Under the pieces are notes generated by a model. It was not told the origin of the DNA. It did no database searches and saw only the letters and a list, made by a program, of their open reading frames with translations. Position numbers and translations under genes: made by a program. Of a DNA stretch of 64,000 bases, positions 1-8,707 are shown one piece after another; position 1 is the stretch's first letter, and each line of letters begins with the position of its first letter. The DNA is from an uncultured Planctomycetia bacterium (GTDB taxonomy: Bacteria > Omnitrophota > Gorgyraeia > 1-14-0-20-64-10), in the NCBI GenBank assembly GCA_964597545.1, contig CAZQXN010000003.1:691-64690 (forward strand). The letters run 5' to 3'.

Positions 1-417
1 TTCGTTATAAAACAGCTCATCCCGCTTTTGATCTTCCTTGTCCTGTCCGCCTTCCAAGACACAATCCTTATACGCCCACGCTAAGGCAACATCGTTTTTC
101 TCTTTCAAATATTCGCCGTTCGTCATCAAACCAATCTTGTTCTTAAAGCTTGTGAAGGAATCCGGAAGAAACTCTTTGTTGTTCACAAAGGCAATGAACT
201 TATCTTTGTCGAAAACAAGAACATCTTTGCCATTCAGCTTCTTGGCAATAAAGAAATGCTCTTTGGAGGTTTCGTCGGAGATGAGAAGATCGAGCAACTG
301 CTCATCCAGCTTAAACGCTAACTCGGTGAGCTTATTCTTTAACAGATGTCCCTTCTCATCAATAACTCGCTCGTCCTTCTCGAAAATCTTTGTAAGTTCA
401 GTCATTAGATTTTGCAT
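1..417 (-). CDS. mod: Type III restriction-modification Mod (adenine DNA methyltransferase), N-terminal 139 aa only; gene runs off left window edge
   Basis: Reverse-strand translation from ATG at 417 gives MQNLMTELTKIFEKDERVIDEKGHLLKNKLTELAFKLDEQLLDLLISDETSKEHFFIAKKLNGKDVLVFDKDKFIAFVNNKEFLPDSFTSFKNKIGLMTNGEYLKEKNDVALAWAYKDCVLEGGQDKEDQKRDELFYNE. From memory this matches the conserved N-terminal region of Type III Mod (and PglX-like) N6-adenine methylases. It is not in the ORF track because it is truncated by the edge. Confidence 0.6.
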   Translation of the reverse strand, partial: MQNLMTELTKIFEKDERVIDEKGHLLKNKLTELAFKLDEQLLDLLISDETSKEHFFIAKKLNGKDVLVFDKDKFIAFVNNKEFLPDSFTSFKNKIGLMTNGEYLKEKNDVALAWAYKDCVLEGGQDKEDQKRDELFYNE

Positions 418-634
418 ATCGCTTCTTTCCTCTCAAGAATTTCTCTATGTGATACTGCTGCACTTTTTGGGGCTTCGTTTTACCGTTGAGCCACCGGCTA
501 ACAGTTGAGAAGCTGACTCTCAATTCCCTGGCTAAAACACCCTGGGGAATTCTGTTTCGCAGGCGGTACAACTCCAATTGCTTTATCGTCTTGGAAGGAT
601 TAGACTTAGAGGTAACGGTTTGCATAGGTTGCAT
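398..634 (-). CDS. XRE-family helix-turn-helix transcriptional regulator (controller-like, immediately upstream of mod)
   Basis: 78-aa ORF with an HTH motif (LARELRVSFSTVSRWLNGKTKP). It overlaps the mod start by ~20 nt and is a paralog of ORF 8110..8301. Confidence 0.6.
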   Translation of the reverse strand: MQPMQTVTSKSNPSKTIKQLELYRLRNRIPQGVLARELRVSFSTVSRWLNGKTKPQKVQQYHIEKFLRGKKRYAKSND

Positions 635-671
635 TCTATGTCAGAAAGAAAAACTGGGCAAGACCTAAGAC

Positions 672-1835
672 ATGGCACGACAATACAAGCTGAAACAATT
701 CGTAAGATACTTGGATGATGCTCTGATTGCTGAGTATCTTCAGGCAAAGAGCATCCGGCAGGAATTACCCCCCAAGCATGAGAAGGAAACCCCTGCGGAC
801 TACTGGGAGCGTTTCATCAGGAACCTTCCGCAGGGTGCGGTAAATGTTGTAGAAGTCGGTTTTCAGGAGATCAATGAGCTGGCCGATGAGGGGGGTGTCC
901 TATCCCTGATTCAGATTGGGAGCGATCACGGCGTAGATATAGCGGGCGAGATTAAGGACATCGAGAACCCGTACAATCAAGCTTTCCACTGCTACTTGAA
1001 GCACCCGAAGATATTCGAGGAAGCCGCAACTCTCTATTGGATTGAGGAATTGCGCTCCAAGAAAGAACGGACAGGACTGCGGAGCAAAACCGCTAAAGAG
1101 GTCATGGAACGCAAGGGTGCGTTGGCGGAGGCGTTGCGTGAATACTTCATCACGCATGACGGACGGGGAACGCATTGTCAGATTGACGTTCATTCCTTTC
1201 AAGGTCGGGTTTGCTTCGTAGCGTATCCTGAAGACTACGCCAAATCGGATTTCCATTACGAAGGAGAGCAACTCAGGCGTGCCAGCAGAAGGCCTTGTTT
1301 TGAGGTGGTGTTTATTTACTACCCCAATACCGGGCGTCTTGAACTCTGGGCCAAGGGAGGCAAAGATCGGGAAAAAGAACTTTTGGATATTTTCAATCAC
1401 CAGGTCTTGGAAGATAAGAACCCCTTAGACCCCTCGCAAAAGGTGTATGACCTAAACCGGCTCTTTGATGAGAACCTCGTGCTGGCTCCGCAGCTTGAGG
1501 ATCAGATTGAAGATATTCGGGTCAAACAAATGCGGTTTGATTTCAAGTTTGGGGGCAGGCAACGGATCACGCTGGAAATGGATCAGGAAGGGGGCCTGAA
1601 GCCGATGCAGGAACTGATGAAAAAGAAAGGCATCAGTGCCGAGTATTTCAACATCACCCAGGCCCGAATCCACATTAAGTTTCCCGGAAAGGGCAAAAAG
1701 GGGAGTGTTACCCTCCAGATCACCGCTCCAGACAAATGCAACCTCAACAGTTCGCCACTCCATCTGAAGGCCGAAAAATACCTGAAGCTCTGGAACCTTG
1801 AAAATACTCCCGTCAGAGAAACGCAAGCTGTTTGA
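672..1835 (+). CDS. hypothetical protein (387 aa), mobile-element cargo
   Basis: Long ORF on the same strand as, and overlapping by 38 nt, the next ORF. I recognise no motifs. Low GC compared with the host region. Confidence 0.5.
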   Translation: MARQYKLKQFVRYLDDALIAEYLQAKSIRQELPPKHEKETPADYWERFIRNLPQGAVNVVEVGFQEINELADEGGVLSLIQIGSDHGVDIAGEIKDIENPYNQAFHCYLKHPKIFEEAATLYWIEELRSKKERTGLRSKTAKEVMERKGALAEALREYFITHDGRGTHCQIDVHSFQGRVCFVAYPEDYAKSDFHYEGEQLRRASRRPCFEVVFIYYPNTGRLELWAKGGKDREKELLDIFNHQVLEDKNPLDPSQKVYDLNRLFDENLVLAPQLEDQIEDIRVKQMRFDFKFGGRQRITLEMDQEGGLKPMQELMKKKGISAEYFNITQARIHIKFPGKGKKGSVTLQITAPDKCNLNSSPLHLKAEKYLKLWNLENTPVRETQAV

Positions 1836-2799
1836 TGCCCTATCCGCCAGCCATCCCCTCAAGTTCTCGGAGGCTGGCCTTGAGGACGACTTCCCCTCTC
1901 TTGCCCCTGTCCTGAAAAAAGCCGGTTTTCTCAGACCGGATCAACCCGGCCTGGAAACCATTTGCCCCGCCCTCCCCAACAATTGCCTTGTAACCGCTCA
2001 CCCATCCAATGGCCGGTATTATGTTCACTGCGAATGCTCGGAAGAAGTGGGGCTGGTACAGATAGACCCCAAAGAGCTTCGCCGCTTCCGTTTTGATCTG
2101 AACTCCTTTATGAACTGGCTTATATCCGCTTCCACTACTGAGTCTGATCTCAAGGAAATCGAATCGGGCAGACTTTGGCGTCTGGGCGAAAAGAGCCTGA
2201 AAGGAGAAACCGCCAAAGTGTATTTCATCAGGTCAAAAGAGGCGGAAGAAAGCGAAGGCCTGCTCAGAAGTCTCCGAAAAGACGAGACTCCTTTGATTCT
2301 CTTTTGGCTTGGCGAAACGCCTCATGGACGGCAATTCCCGCCGAACCTTGTTTCCCTCCCCGAAATTATAAATATCATCGGCAAAGAGTTCACGTTAGAC
2401 CGAAAACCGCTGGAACATCTGCTTGGAAAACGGCTGGTCGCAACGGTTGGCGGTGATCTTGTTCTTGATAGGGACATTGCCTTGCGCAAGGAAGGCGAGA
2501 AGCGCTTCTTGTTGCTCAAACGAGGGCAGAAAAACGCATTTCAGGTTGAAACCCGCATACGGCCTTTAGACTACCGGATCATCAGACATCTTTATCAGAT
2601 TCGTAGGTATCAAAACCGAGCGAGAAGCCTGGCCGAGATGCGAGATAGAGGCCTAGCCGAACACCGGCCCTCAATCTCCAGAAGCATTAAAACGGTAAAC
2701 GAGTTGTGCGAAAAACACGATGTGCCGTCCATTTTCCACAAATTCCCTGAGCAGAAATGGGGGCTCAATCCATCTCTCGACTGCTGTAACGAGCGTTGA
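1798..2799 (+). CDS. hypothetical protein (333 aa), mobile-element cargo
   Basis: Long ORF translationally coupled to 672..1835. Contains Cys/His clusters (HCECSEE). No known domain recognised. Confidence 0.5.
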   Translation: MKILPSEKRKLFDALSASHPLKFSEAGLEDDFPSLAPVLKKAGFLRPDQPGLETICPALPNNCLVTAHPSNGRYYVHCECSEEVGLVQIDPKELRRFRFDLNSFMNWLISASTTESDLKEIESGRLWRLGEKSLKGETAKVYFIRSKEAEESEGLLRSLRKDETPLILFWLGETPHGRQFPPNLVSLPEIINIIGKEFTLDRKPLEHLLGKRLVATVGGDLVLDRDIALRKEGEKRFLLLKRGQKNAFQVETRIRPLDYRIIRHLYQIRRYQNRARSLAEMRDRGLAEHRPSISRSIKTVNELCEKHDVPSIFHKFPEQKWGLNPSLDCCNER

Positions 2800-2971
2800 C
2801 CGAGCCGTTATCAATACTGCTTAGCTAACGCTCCCCATTCCTTCCACCCAGAAAAACTTCCTCTCGTAACCTACTCATCCCCAACGGGATAGAACGGTCA
2901 AAGAATATTTTTCACCATCCTCTTGACCTCCTTCCTCTGTTAACAGCATTCCTATTATGTAAGTCAAAACA

Positions 2972-3226
2972 ATGGGAATGCAGATGAATAACGACGATTT
3001 TCTTAAAACGCACGACCTGAACATCTCCGCCGTACTGGTGGCCTTCGGCCATCCGCTCGATCATATCGAACGCCAAGACAACGGAAGGGTCTTGTTCTGC
3101 TTCAAGGCCTCCCCCGCCGCAAAGAAAACCGCCCAGAGCTACTGGAAGCAGGAAATCAAGATTAACCCACAGAAACTTTTCGACAGTCTCAAGTTTCTGA
3201 AAAACCGCCTTTACAGCGATTTTTGA
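2972..3226 (+). CDS. DUF5659-like small protein (84 aa) typical of plasmid/phage elements
   Basis: Motifs KTHDLNISAVLVA ... GRVLFCF ... NPQKLFDSLKFLKNRLY resemble the DUF5659 family as I remember it. Confidence 0.45.
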   Translation: MGMQMNNDDFLKTHDLNISAVLVAFGHPLDHIERQDNGRVLFCFKASPAAKKTAQSYWKQEIKINPQKLFDSLKFLKNRLYSDF

Positions 3227-3420
3227 TCATGCTGACCAAGCAGGCGGTGGAGGAATTTCGGGAGATTTACCGGCGGCGGTACGGCGTAAGCCTGCCAGAA
3301 GCCAAAGCCTCGGAAATAGCGGCGAATCTCCTGAACCTCTACCGCTCTGTCTATGGGGAGGCCAATATGAAAAGGAATATGGAAAATGAACAACCTGAAA
3401 GAACAGATCAAAAACAGTAA
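3223..3420 (+). CDS. small hypothetical protein (65 aa)
   Basis: ATGA overlap with the upstream ORF and overlaps the primase start; helical composition. Could be a translationally coupled small gene. Confidence 0.3.
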   Translation: MIMLTKQAVEEFREIYRRRYGVSLPEAKASEIAANLLNLYRSVYGEANMKRNMENEQPERTDQKQ

Positions 3421-5983
3421 TCCGATTGCCGAGATCATCCGGGAAAAAGTATCTCTCCGCCAGATCGGAAACCGGCTTATCGGCCTATGCCCCTTCCACG
3501 CCGACCAAAGCAAACCCAACCTGAACGTCTTTCCTGAGACTGAGAGCTTCTTCTGCTTCGCCTGCGGGGCGGGTGGAGATGTTTTCAGCTTCATCATGCG
3601 GGACAGGAATCTGGGCTTCGCTGAAGCCATGCGGCTGCTCGCAGATCGCAAGGGCATCCCTTTCAGGGCAGAAGAATACGATCCCAAAAAGGAGGAGAAA
3701 CGCCTTTCCGCCGAGGCTGCCTTGCGGGAAACCGCCGTCCTGTACCACAAGGCCCTGCCGCCCGAAGTCAGAGAGTATCTTCGGGGCCGGAAGCTCACGG
3801 ATGAAACGATTGACCAATACCTCATCGGCTTTTGTGATGGCAAAACCGATCTCGGCCCACAAAAGGAAACCCTGATGGAAGCCGGTCTGATTTACGAGAA
3901 CGGCAGGCAGTATTTTGAGGGATTCATCACCTTTCCCCACCTTGTCGGGGGCCGTGTCGTCTACATGAGCGGTCGAGGCTGGCCCGAGAAGGCCCATAAA
4001 AAACTGCCAAAGGAGAAAGTCCCGTTGCTCCATCTCTACAACGAAGATGCTCTGAGGCAATCCAATGTCGTTGTAGCGGAGGGAGAGATTGACACCCTTA
4101 CCCTGTTGCAGAACGGCTTCAACGCTTGCGGCATCCTGGGAGCAAACAGCTTCAAGCAGGAATGGTCGGAAAGATTCGCCGGAATCGAGAAAGTCTACGT
4201 CTCTTTCGATGGAGATGAGGCGGGCAGTGAGGGGAACAGAAAAATAGCCGCTTTCATCGGCCCGCAAGCTCACATCGTGAAGCTGCCGGAAGGGGAGGAC
4301 ATCAACGCCTTTTTCCAGTCTAAAACAGCCGACGATTATCAGAAGCTTCTGGGCGATTCCATCAACCTGATCGAGACGAAGATCAAATCCATCCCTTCCG
4401 ACACCTCTCCCCTGGAACTCACCCGCCTGCTCAACCCCATTGTTGAGGAAATAGCGGGTCTGGAGGACACGGCATACGCAGACGCCCTGCTTCAACATTT
4501 CATCAAGGATCATTTCAATCTCAAGGCCAAAGACATCAAAAGCTACGAGAAAGTTCTGAAAGAAACACGCAAGACAAAGCAGTCTGAAGCGGAGCAAGCC
4601 CCGCCCGCTGAGAAGCTGGATCACTCGCAGCTGCTTGAGGTTTTGAAAACCGAAGAAGGAAGTCTGACGATCAATCCCGCTCAGGACTTCCGGGGCGGGA
4701 CATTCTACTTCACCGTGTTCATCAGACAGGCGCCCTATCTGCTGACCTCCAGCAGGCAACTGATAAGTTTCGAGGAGGCCCCCGACAGCGGCGTCATGCT
4801 CCGAAACGAGGACGTAAGCACGGCAAGATTCTCCGCCAAAGGTGTCGCCGGTTTCCTGGAGCAGTCGAACGAGATCGGAATCCCTGAGCTTTACCGGGAC
4901 ATCCACGCCTACATCAAGCGGTACATCTTCCTGGCTGATACCCGTGTCATTTCCTACCTGTCTCTTTGGATCATGGGAACATACCTTTTCTCGATCTTCC
5001 GATACTACCCCTACATCTGGCTGAACGCAGAAAAAGGGAGCGGAAAAACCCTTCTGATGGAGATTCTGGCCGCAGTCGCTTTCAACGGAGAGCTTGTAAC
5101 CAACCCGACCGAAGCCACCCTGTTTCGGGATGTGGCCTGCAACATGACCACCCTTTTCATAGATGAGGTGGAAAACCTTCGCAAGCAAGACAAGGATGCG
5201 GTTGGGGCCGTCATGGCCGTTCTCAATACCGGCTTCTGCAAGTCCGGGAGCGTCAAGCGGATGGAAAAAACGGGCGAAGGCAAATTTGTCCTCAAGGCAT
5301 TTCCGACCTATTCGCCAAAGGCTTTTGCGGGAATCAACGAAATCAACGACGTTTTGCAGGATAGAACCGTCCGCATCCGGCTCTTGAAGAAGCGGGACGA
5401 CGAGATTACCGAACGCTACAAGGGAACGGATGAGGTGGTGCGGCTTCAAGGGGCAATCCGGGACAAGCTCTATACCTTCGCCTTGATCTATGCGAATCAG
5501 ATTGCCCGGCTCTACAACGGGGAAGCCGGAACGATTGACGGAACCGAACACCTCTCAGGCCGGGAACTGGACATCTGGGAGCCGATCATACTTCTTGCCA
5601 ATGTCGTAGACGGCCTATCAGGAACCAGCGATCTGACGGATGCCATGAAGGCTTTGAGCGGCGAAGCCTTCAAGGAAAAGCAGGCCGACAGCGTAGCCCA
5701 GAACGACACCTACCAGCTTCTTACCGTTACACGGGCCATGCTCTCAGAGCTTGCCCCGATGGACACGGACGGGGACACGCTGGTTTTCAGCTCTGAGGCC
5801 GTATTCAAGTATTTCCAGGAAACCGATGAGTTTGGCTGGCTTCAAAGGAAAAACGCCCTGACCATGCGCCTGAAACGCATGGGGGCGCAGTCTGAGCAGC
5901 GGCGGGAAGGTTCTGGGCGAGTCCGGGTCTACGTCATCAATCGAAAGCAGGTGGAGGATTTATGCGAAAGACACAAAATTTGA
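3386..5983 (+). CDS. DNA primase (CHC2 zinc finger + Toprim) fused to a P-loop NTPase/helicase-like C-terminal domain; replication initiator of the element
   Basis: CHC2 Zn finger CPFHADQSKPNLNVFPETESFFCFACGAGGDVFSF; Toprim VVAEGEIDTLTLL...VSFDGDEAG; Walker A AEKGSGKTLLM and Walker B-like LFIDEV in the C-terminal half. Confidence 0.85.
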   Translation: MNNLKEQIKNSNPIAEIIREKVSLRQIGNRLIGLCPFHADQSKPNLNVFPETESFFCFACGAGGDVFSFIMRDRNLGFAEAMRLLADRKGIPFRAEEYDPKKEEKRLSAEAALRETAVLYHKALPPEVREYLRGRKLTDETIDQYLIGFCDGKTDLGPQKETLMEAGLIYENGRQYFEGFITFPHLVGGRVVYMSGRGWPEKAHKKLPKEKVPLLHLYNEDALRQSNVVVAEGEIDTLTLLQNGFNACGILGANSFKQEWSERFAGIEKVYVSFDGDEAGSEGNRKIAAFIGPQAHIVKLPEGEDINAFFQSKTADDYQKLLGDSINLIETKIKSIPSDTSPLELTRLLNPIVEEIAGLEDTAYADALLQHFIKDHFNLKAKDIKSYEKVLKETRKTKQSEAEQAPPAEKLDHSQLLEVLKTEEGSLTINPAQDFRGGTFYFTVFIRQAPYLLTSSRQLISFEEAPDSGVMLRNEDVSTARFSAKGVAGFLEQSNEIGIPELYRDIHAYIKRYIFLADTRVISYLSLWIMGTYLFSIFRYYPYIWLNAEKGSGKTLLMEILAAVAFNGELVTNPTEATLFRDVACNMTTLFIDEVENLRKQDKDAVGAVMAVLNTGFCKSGSVKRMEKTGEGKFVLKAFPTYSPKAFAGINEINDVLQDRTVRIRLLKKRDDEITERYKGTDEVVRLQGAIRDKLYTFALIYANQIARLYNGEAGTIDGTEHLSGRELDIWEPIILLANVVDGLSGTSDLTDAMKALSGEAFKEKQADSVAQNDTYQLLTVTRAMLSELAPMDTDGDTLVFSSEAVFKYFQETDEFGWLQRKNALTMRLKRMGAQSEQRREGSGRVRVYVINRKQVEDLCERHKI

Positions 5984-6011
5984 CCGGCCCTTGCCCCCTG
6001 CCCTGCTTTGA

Positions 6012-6170
6012 GGCTTTAAGCCGGATACGCCCAACCCCATGGAAGGACAAGCAGTTACGAGGTCTTAAATGTGGATTGAACTTCAAACAGGTGTTTAAGG
6101 CAGCTTTAAGACACCGTATCCGTAAAACACCATTGGAGATACGGAAAGTCCGCCTCAATGTCTTAAAGAT
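6012..6170. promoter_or_regulatory. putative replication origin / iteron region downstream of primase
   Basis: Five copies of CTT(T/A)AAG within 160 bp (ctttaagcc, cttaaatg, tttaagg, ctttaagac, cttaaag). Nested inverted repeats: CTTTAAGACA...TGTCTTAAAG flank CCGTATC...GATACGG. Confidence 0.3.
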
Positions 6171-6188
6171 TCGGAGGGGTATGTAGAG

Positions 6189-6467
6189 ATGGAAAATTTG
6201 CTCGATGCAGTAAAAACCCTGAAGGCCAAGCGGCAGGAAACCAGCCAGCCGTCCCTGGAAACGCTCAAGGCGGCGTACAACGACCTGATCCGACGGCAGA
6301 AGGCAATGGAAGCGTATCTGGATGACAACTCCATCCCGCTTGAGACACGGGAAGGCAAGCTGGACGAGTTTAAGAGCGTTCTACGCCGATTGAATCAACT
6401 GCTGTCCGAAATCCGGGGGATGGGATGCGCCATCACGGACAAGGAGATTTTGAACGGTTTCACATAG
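6189..6467 (+). CDS. hypothetical protein (92 aa)
   Basis: ORF with coiled-coil-like composition, in the element between the primase and downstream hypotheticals. Confidence 0.4.
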   Translation: MENLLDAVKTLKAKRQETSQPSLETLKAAYNDLIRRQKAMEAYLDDNSIPLETREGKLDEFKSVLRRLNQLLSEIRGMGCAITDKEILNGFT

Positions 6468-6539
6468 GAACTGGGTTCACAAAACCCTGTTGATTTAGGA
6501 ATAAACGGACGGGAAGTAAACCTGACAGGAGGATCAAAC

Positions 6540-7400
6540 ATGACAACCGAAAAACAGAGTACGGCCAACCAGCAGAACGCCCAGAAGTCTACCGGCCCGA
6601 AAACGGAAGCAGGCAAGGCCGTATCCAAGCTCAACGCAGCCAAGCACGGTATTTTAAGCGATGCGGTGGTTATCACCAGGGGGGAGGGGCAGGAGCGCAA
6701 GGAGGCCTATTTGCGGCTCTACGACGGCCTGAGAGGCTATTTCAAGCCCTCTGGAGCGATGGAGGAAGCTCTGGTGGAACAAATCACCGTTACCCTGTGG
6801 CGCAAGCGGCGTGTGCTTCGGTTTGAGCTTGGCTGTCTACGCAAACAGCTTGATACCTACCAGCAGGAGGCCAAAGGGGACGAAGATGAGGACTCCTCCT
6901 ACGAAAAACCCAAAACTGCCTACCAAAAGCTGGCGGCAACCCAGGGTCGTTTGGCTCACCATCGGCAGGAGAGAAAGTACCTGCAAGAGGGCTACGACAT
7001 CATGTCGGATGAGGAGGTGGAAAACTGGACGGACAGCTATTTCCGGCTGGCGGAGAAGAAGGATTTCGAGGCGGATGAGCCTTTGGAGGTGAGGAACTGG
7101 CTCAAGGAACAGGGCCTCTCAGAGGAACAAATCCGCAAGGAGATGATCGAAGTTCACGATGAGGTCATCCGCAACATTCAGGCGGAAATCAAGGAGCTGG
7201 AGCCCCAGGCGACCCTGGAGCTTGAGCGGGCGGCCCTGCTTGGCTCCGTGCCTGCTTTCGGCCCTGATCTGGACAAGATCATCCGATACGAGGCTTCTCT
7301 TGACCGCCAGCTTTACAAAGCGGTAAACCAGCTTGAACGGCTCCAGCGGAGCCGGGAGGGGGAAACCCTGCCCCCGCCGGTGGTGCTGGATGCGACCTGA
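6540..7400 (+). CDS. hypothetical protein (286 aa)
   Basis: ORF preceded by a GGAGG RBS (gacaggaggatcaaacATG). Upstream carries the shared TTGATTTAGGAA motif. Confidence 0.5.
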   Translation: MTTEKQSTANQQNAQKSTGPKTEAGKAVSKLNAAKHGILSDAVVITRGEGQERKEAYLRLYDGLRGYFKPSGAMEEALVEQITVTLWRKRRVLRFELGCLRKQLDTYQQEAKGDEDEDSSYEKPKTAYQKLAATQGRLAHHRQERKYLQEGYDIMSDEEVENWTDSYFRLAEKKDFEADEPLEVRNWLKEQGLSEEQIRKEMIEVHDEVIRNIQAEIKELEPQATLELERAALLGSVPAFGPDLDKIIRYEASLDRQLYKAVNQLERLQRSREGETLPPPVVLDAT

Positions 7401-7517
7401 AATGGGTTCGTTTCGCAGAATCACGCTGAACGGTTTGGGCTGTTTTCAAGGGGATCAAGTTCCGTTATTTCCGGTTTTCCCTATTGATTTAGGAAAGAAT
7501 CGGGGGCAAGTGCTTTA

Positions 7518-8069
7518 ATGGGCGGCTGGCGTTGGGACAAGAAAACAACGGTGGAGGAGTGTAAATCCATCAGCACGACTTTCCTGAACAAACACGGCTA
7601 CTTCCGCAACGGCTGGAATGCGGGCGGGATGAAGTGGACACGCAACGGTGAGCAGACAGGCAGTATCAGTTTTACGGTGTCTGTTCAGGATTGGACGGGT
7701 GAGATACGGTTTCAATACACTCAAACAGACAAGCAGACAGGCGAAAAGGAGGAAATGGACTACCCTGCCCGACTCTCCGCCACGCCCTGCCATTTTGGAG
7801 GCAAGCGGTGGTGGTTTATCTGCCCCCTGGTCAAGGATGGGATCGCCTGCAACCGGAGAGCGCTGAGATTGTACCTGGGAGGCGGGAAATACTTCGGATG
7901 CCGCCACTGCTACAATTTGACCTACGAGTCCTGCCAAGAACATGACGCCCGTGTAGACCGGCTGGCGAAAAACCCTGATCTGCTGGCCTCCATGCTCCAA
8001 GGGAATCCGATGGCCTCCCTAGTGGCTTTGAAAGCGGCCTTCAAAGTCCGAAAGGATTTGACGCTATGA
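7518..8069 (+). CDS. hypothetical Cys-rich protein (183 aa), possible zinc-ribbon protein
   Basis: Cys cluster CHFGGKRWWFICP...CNRR...GCRHCYNLTYESC. Upstream carries the TTGATTTAGGAA motif. Confidence 0.45.
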   Translation: MGGWRWDKKTTVEECKSISTTFLNKHGYFRNGWNAGGMKWTRNGEQTGSISFTVSVQDWTGEIRFQYTQTDKQTGEKEEMDYPARLSATPCHFGGKRWWFICPLVKDGIACNRRALRLYLGGGKYFGCRHCYNLTYESCQEHDARVDRLAKNPDLLASMLQGNPMASLVALKAAFKVRKDLTL

Positions 8070-8109
8070 AACGCTTGCAATTCGTTATAAAGCGTTATAA
8101 TATGGTTCC

Positions 8110-8301
8110 ATGCCTGATGATCTCATGGATCAACTCAACACCTATCGGCTGGAAAACAAGCTTACCCAGACCCAACTGGCGGAGAAGCTTGAGGTGACTT
8201 TCCAGACCGTCAACCGCTGGCTGAATCGCCGGATGAGGCCCAGACCCATTCAGGAGTATCAGATCAAGAAGCTGATCTCCGGCAAGCTGAGGGGGAAATA
8301 A
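8110..8301 (+). CDS. XRE-family HTH transcriptional regulator (paralog of 398..634)
   Basis: LTQTQLAEKLEVTFQTVNRWLNRRMRP aligns to the regulator at 398..634 at roughly 50% identity. Confidence 0.6.
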   Translation: MPDDLMDQLNTYRLENKLTQTQLAEKLEVTFQTVNRWLNRRMRPRPIQEYQIKKLISGKLRGK

Positions 8302-8302
8302 C

Positions 8303-8707
8303 ATGGCCTTTAGGTCAGGTGGTTATACACTACTGAACAAAGACAAGGTTCCTCCGGCATGGATTAAGCTCTTTGAGCAAGCATGGGAACGACTTCATAA
8401 TTTCGACGATCTCCACAACAAACAATGCACGGTTGTATTCGCCATTGGAGGAAAGCTCGTTGTTGATTTGGTGATTAAAGAGCGTATTGCCGAATATTGG
8501 AGAGACCTGATCGTCTATAACGTCGAAAAGATGCAGGGCAAAACCAACAAAGAACTTGAGGTCATTTTCCTGGAAGAGCTTGTCCACTGTTTCTTCGATT
8601 CGCTTGACGAAACCGCTGTTTCCCTCTTGGTTGCTTCCCAAATTCCCGGAATCAGCTTCGACCTCAAGACGAGGCAGTATGTAACTCAAACTGGTGGCTC
8701 GAAATGA
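8303..8707 (+). CDS. hypothetical protein (134 aa) upstream of and overlapping the recombinase start
   Basis: ORF sharing ATGA with the recombinase start, so an operon with the HTH and recombinase is likely. Confidence 0.45.
   Translation: MAFRSGGYTLLNKDKVPPAWIKLFEQAWERLHNFDDLHNKQCTVVFAIGGKLVVDLVIKERIAEYWRDLIVYNVEKMQGKTNKELEVIFLEELVHCFFDSLDETAVSLLVASQIPGISFDLKTRQYVTQTGGSK

Noticed and set aside
38-508. 156-aa plus-strand ORF at the left edge
   Set aside because: It is the antisense of the Type III Mod N-terminal coding region, which has a recognisable conserved sequence. Low-complexity translation.
2924-2960. possible promoter (TTGACC ... TATTAT) upstream of the DUF5659-like gene
   Set aside because: Spacing between candidate -35 and -10 hexamers is 24 nt. 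No acceptable alternative pairing.
3485-5551. 688-aa minus-strand ORF
   Set aside because: Antisense of the primase gene, which carries CHC2, Toprim and Walker A motifs. Typical GC-driven shadow ORF.
5962-6186. 74-aa ORF after the primase
   Set aside because: Spans the iteron/hairpin region. Basic low-complexity translation. More likely non-coding origin sequence.
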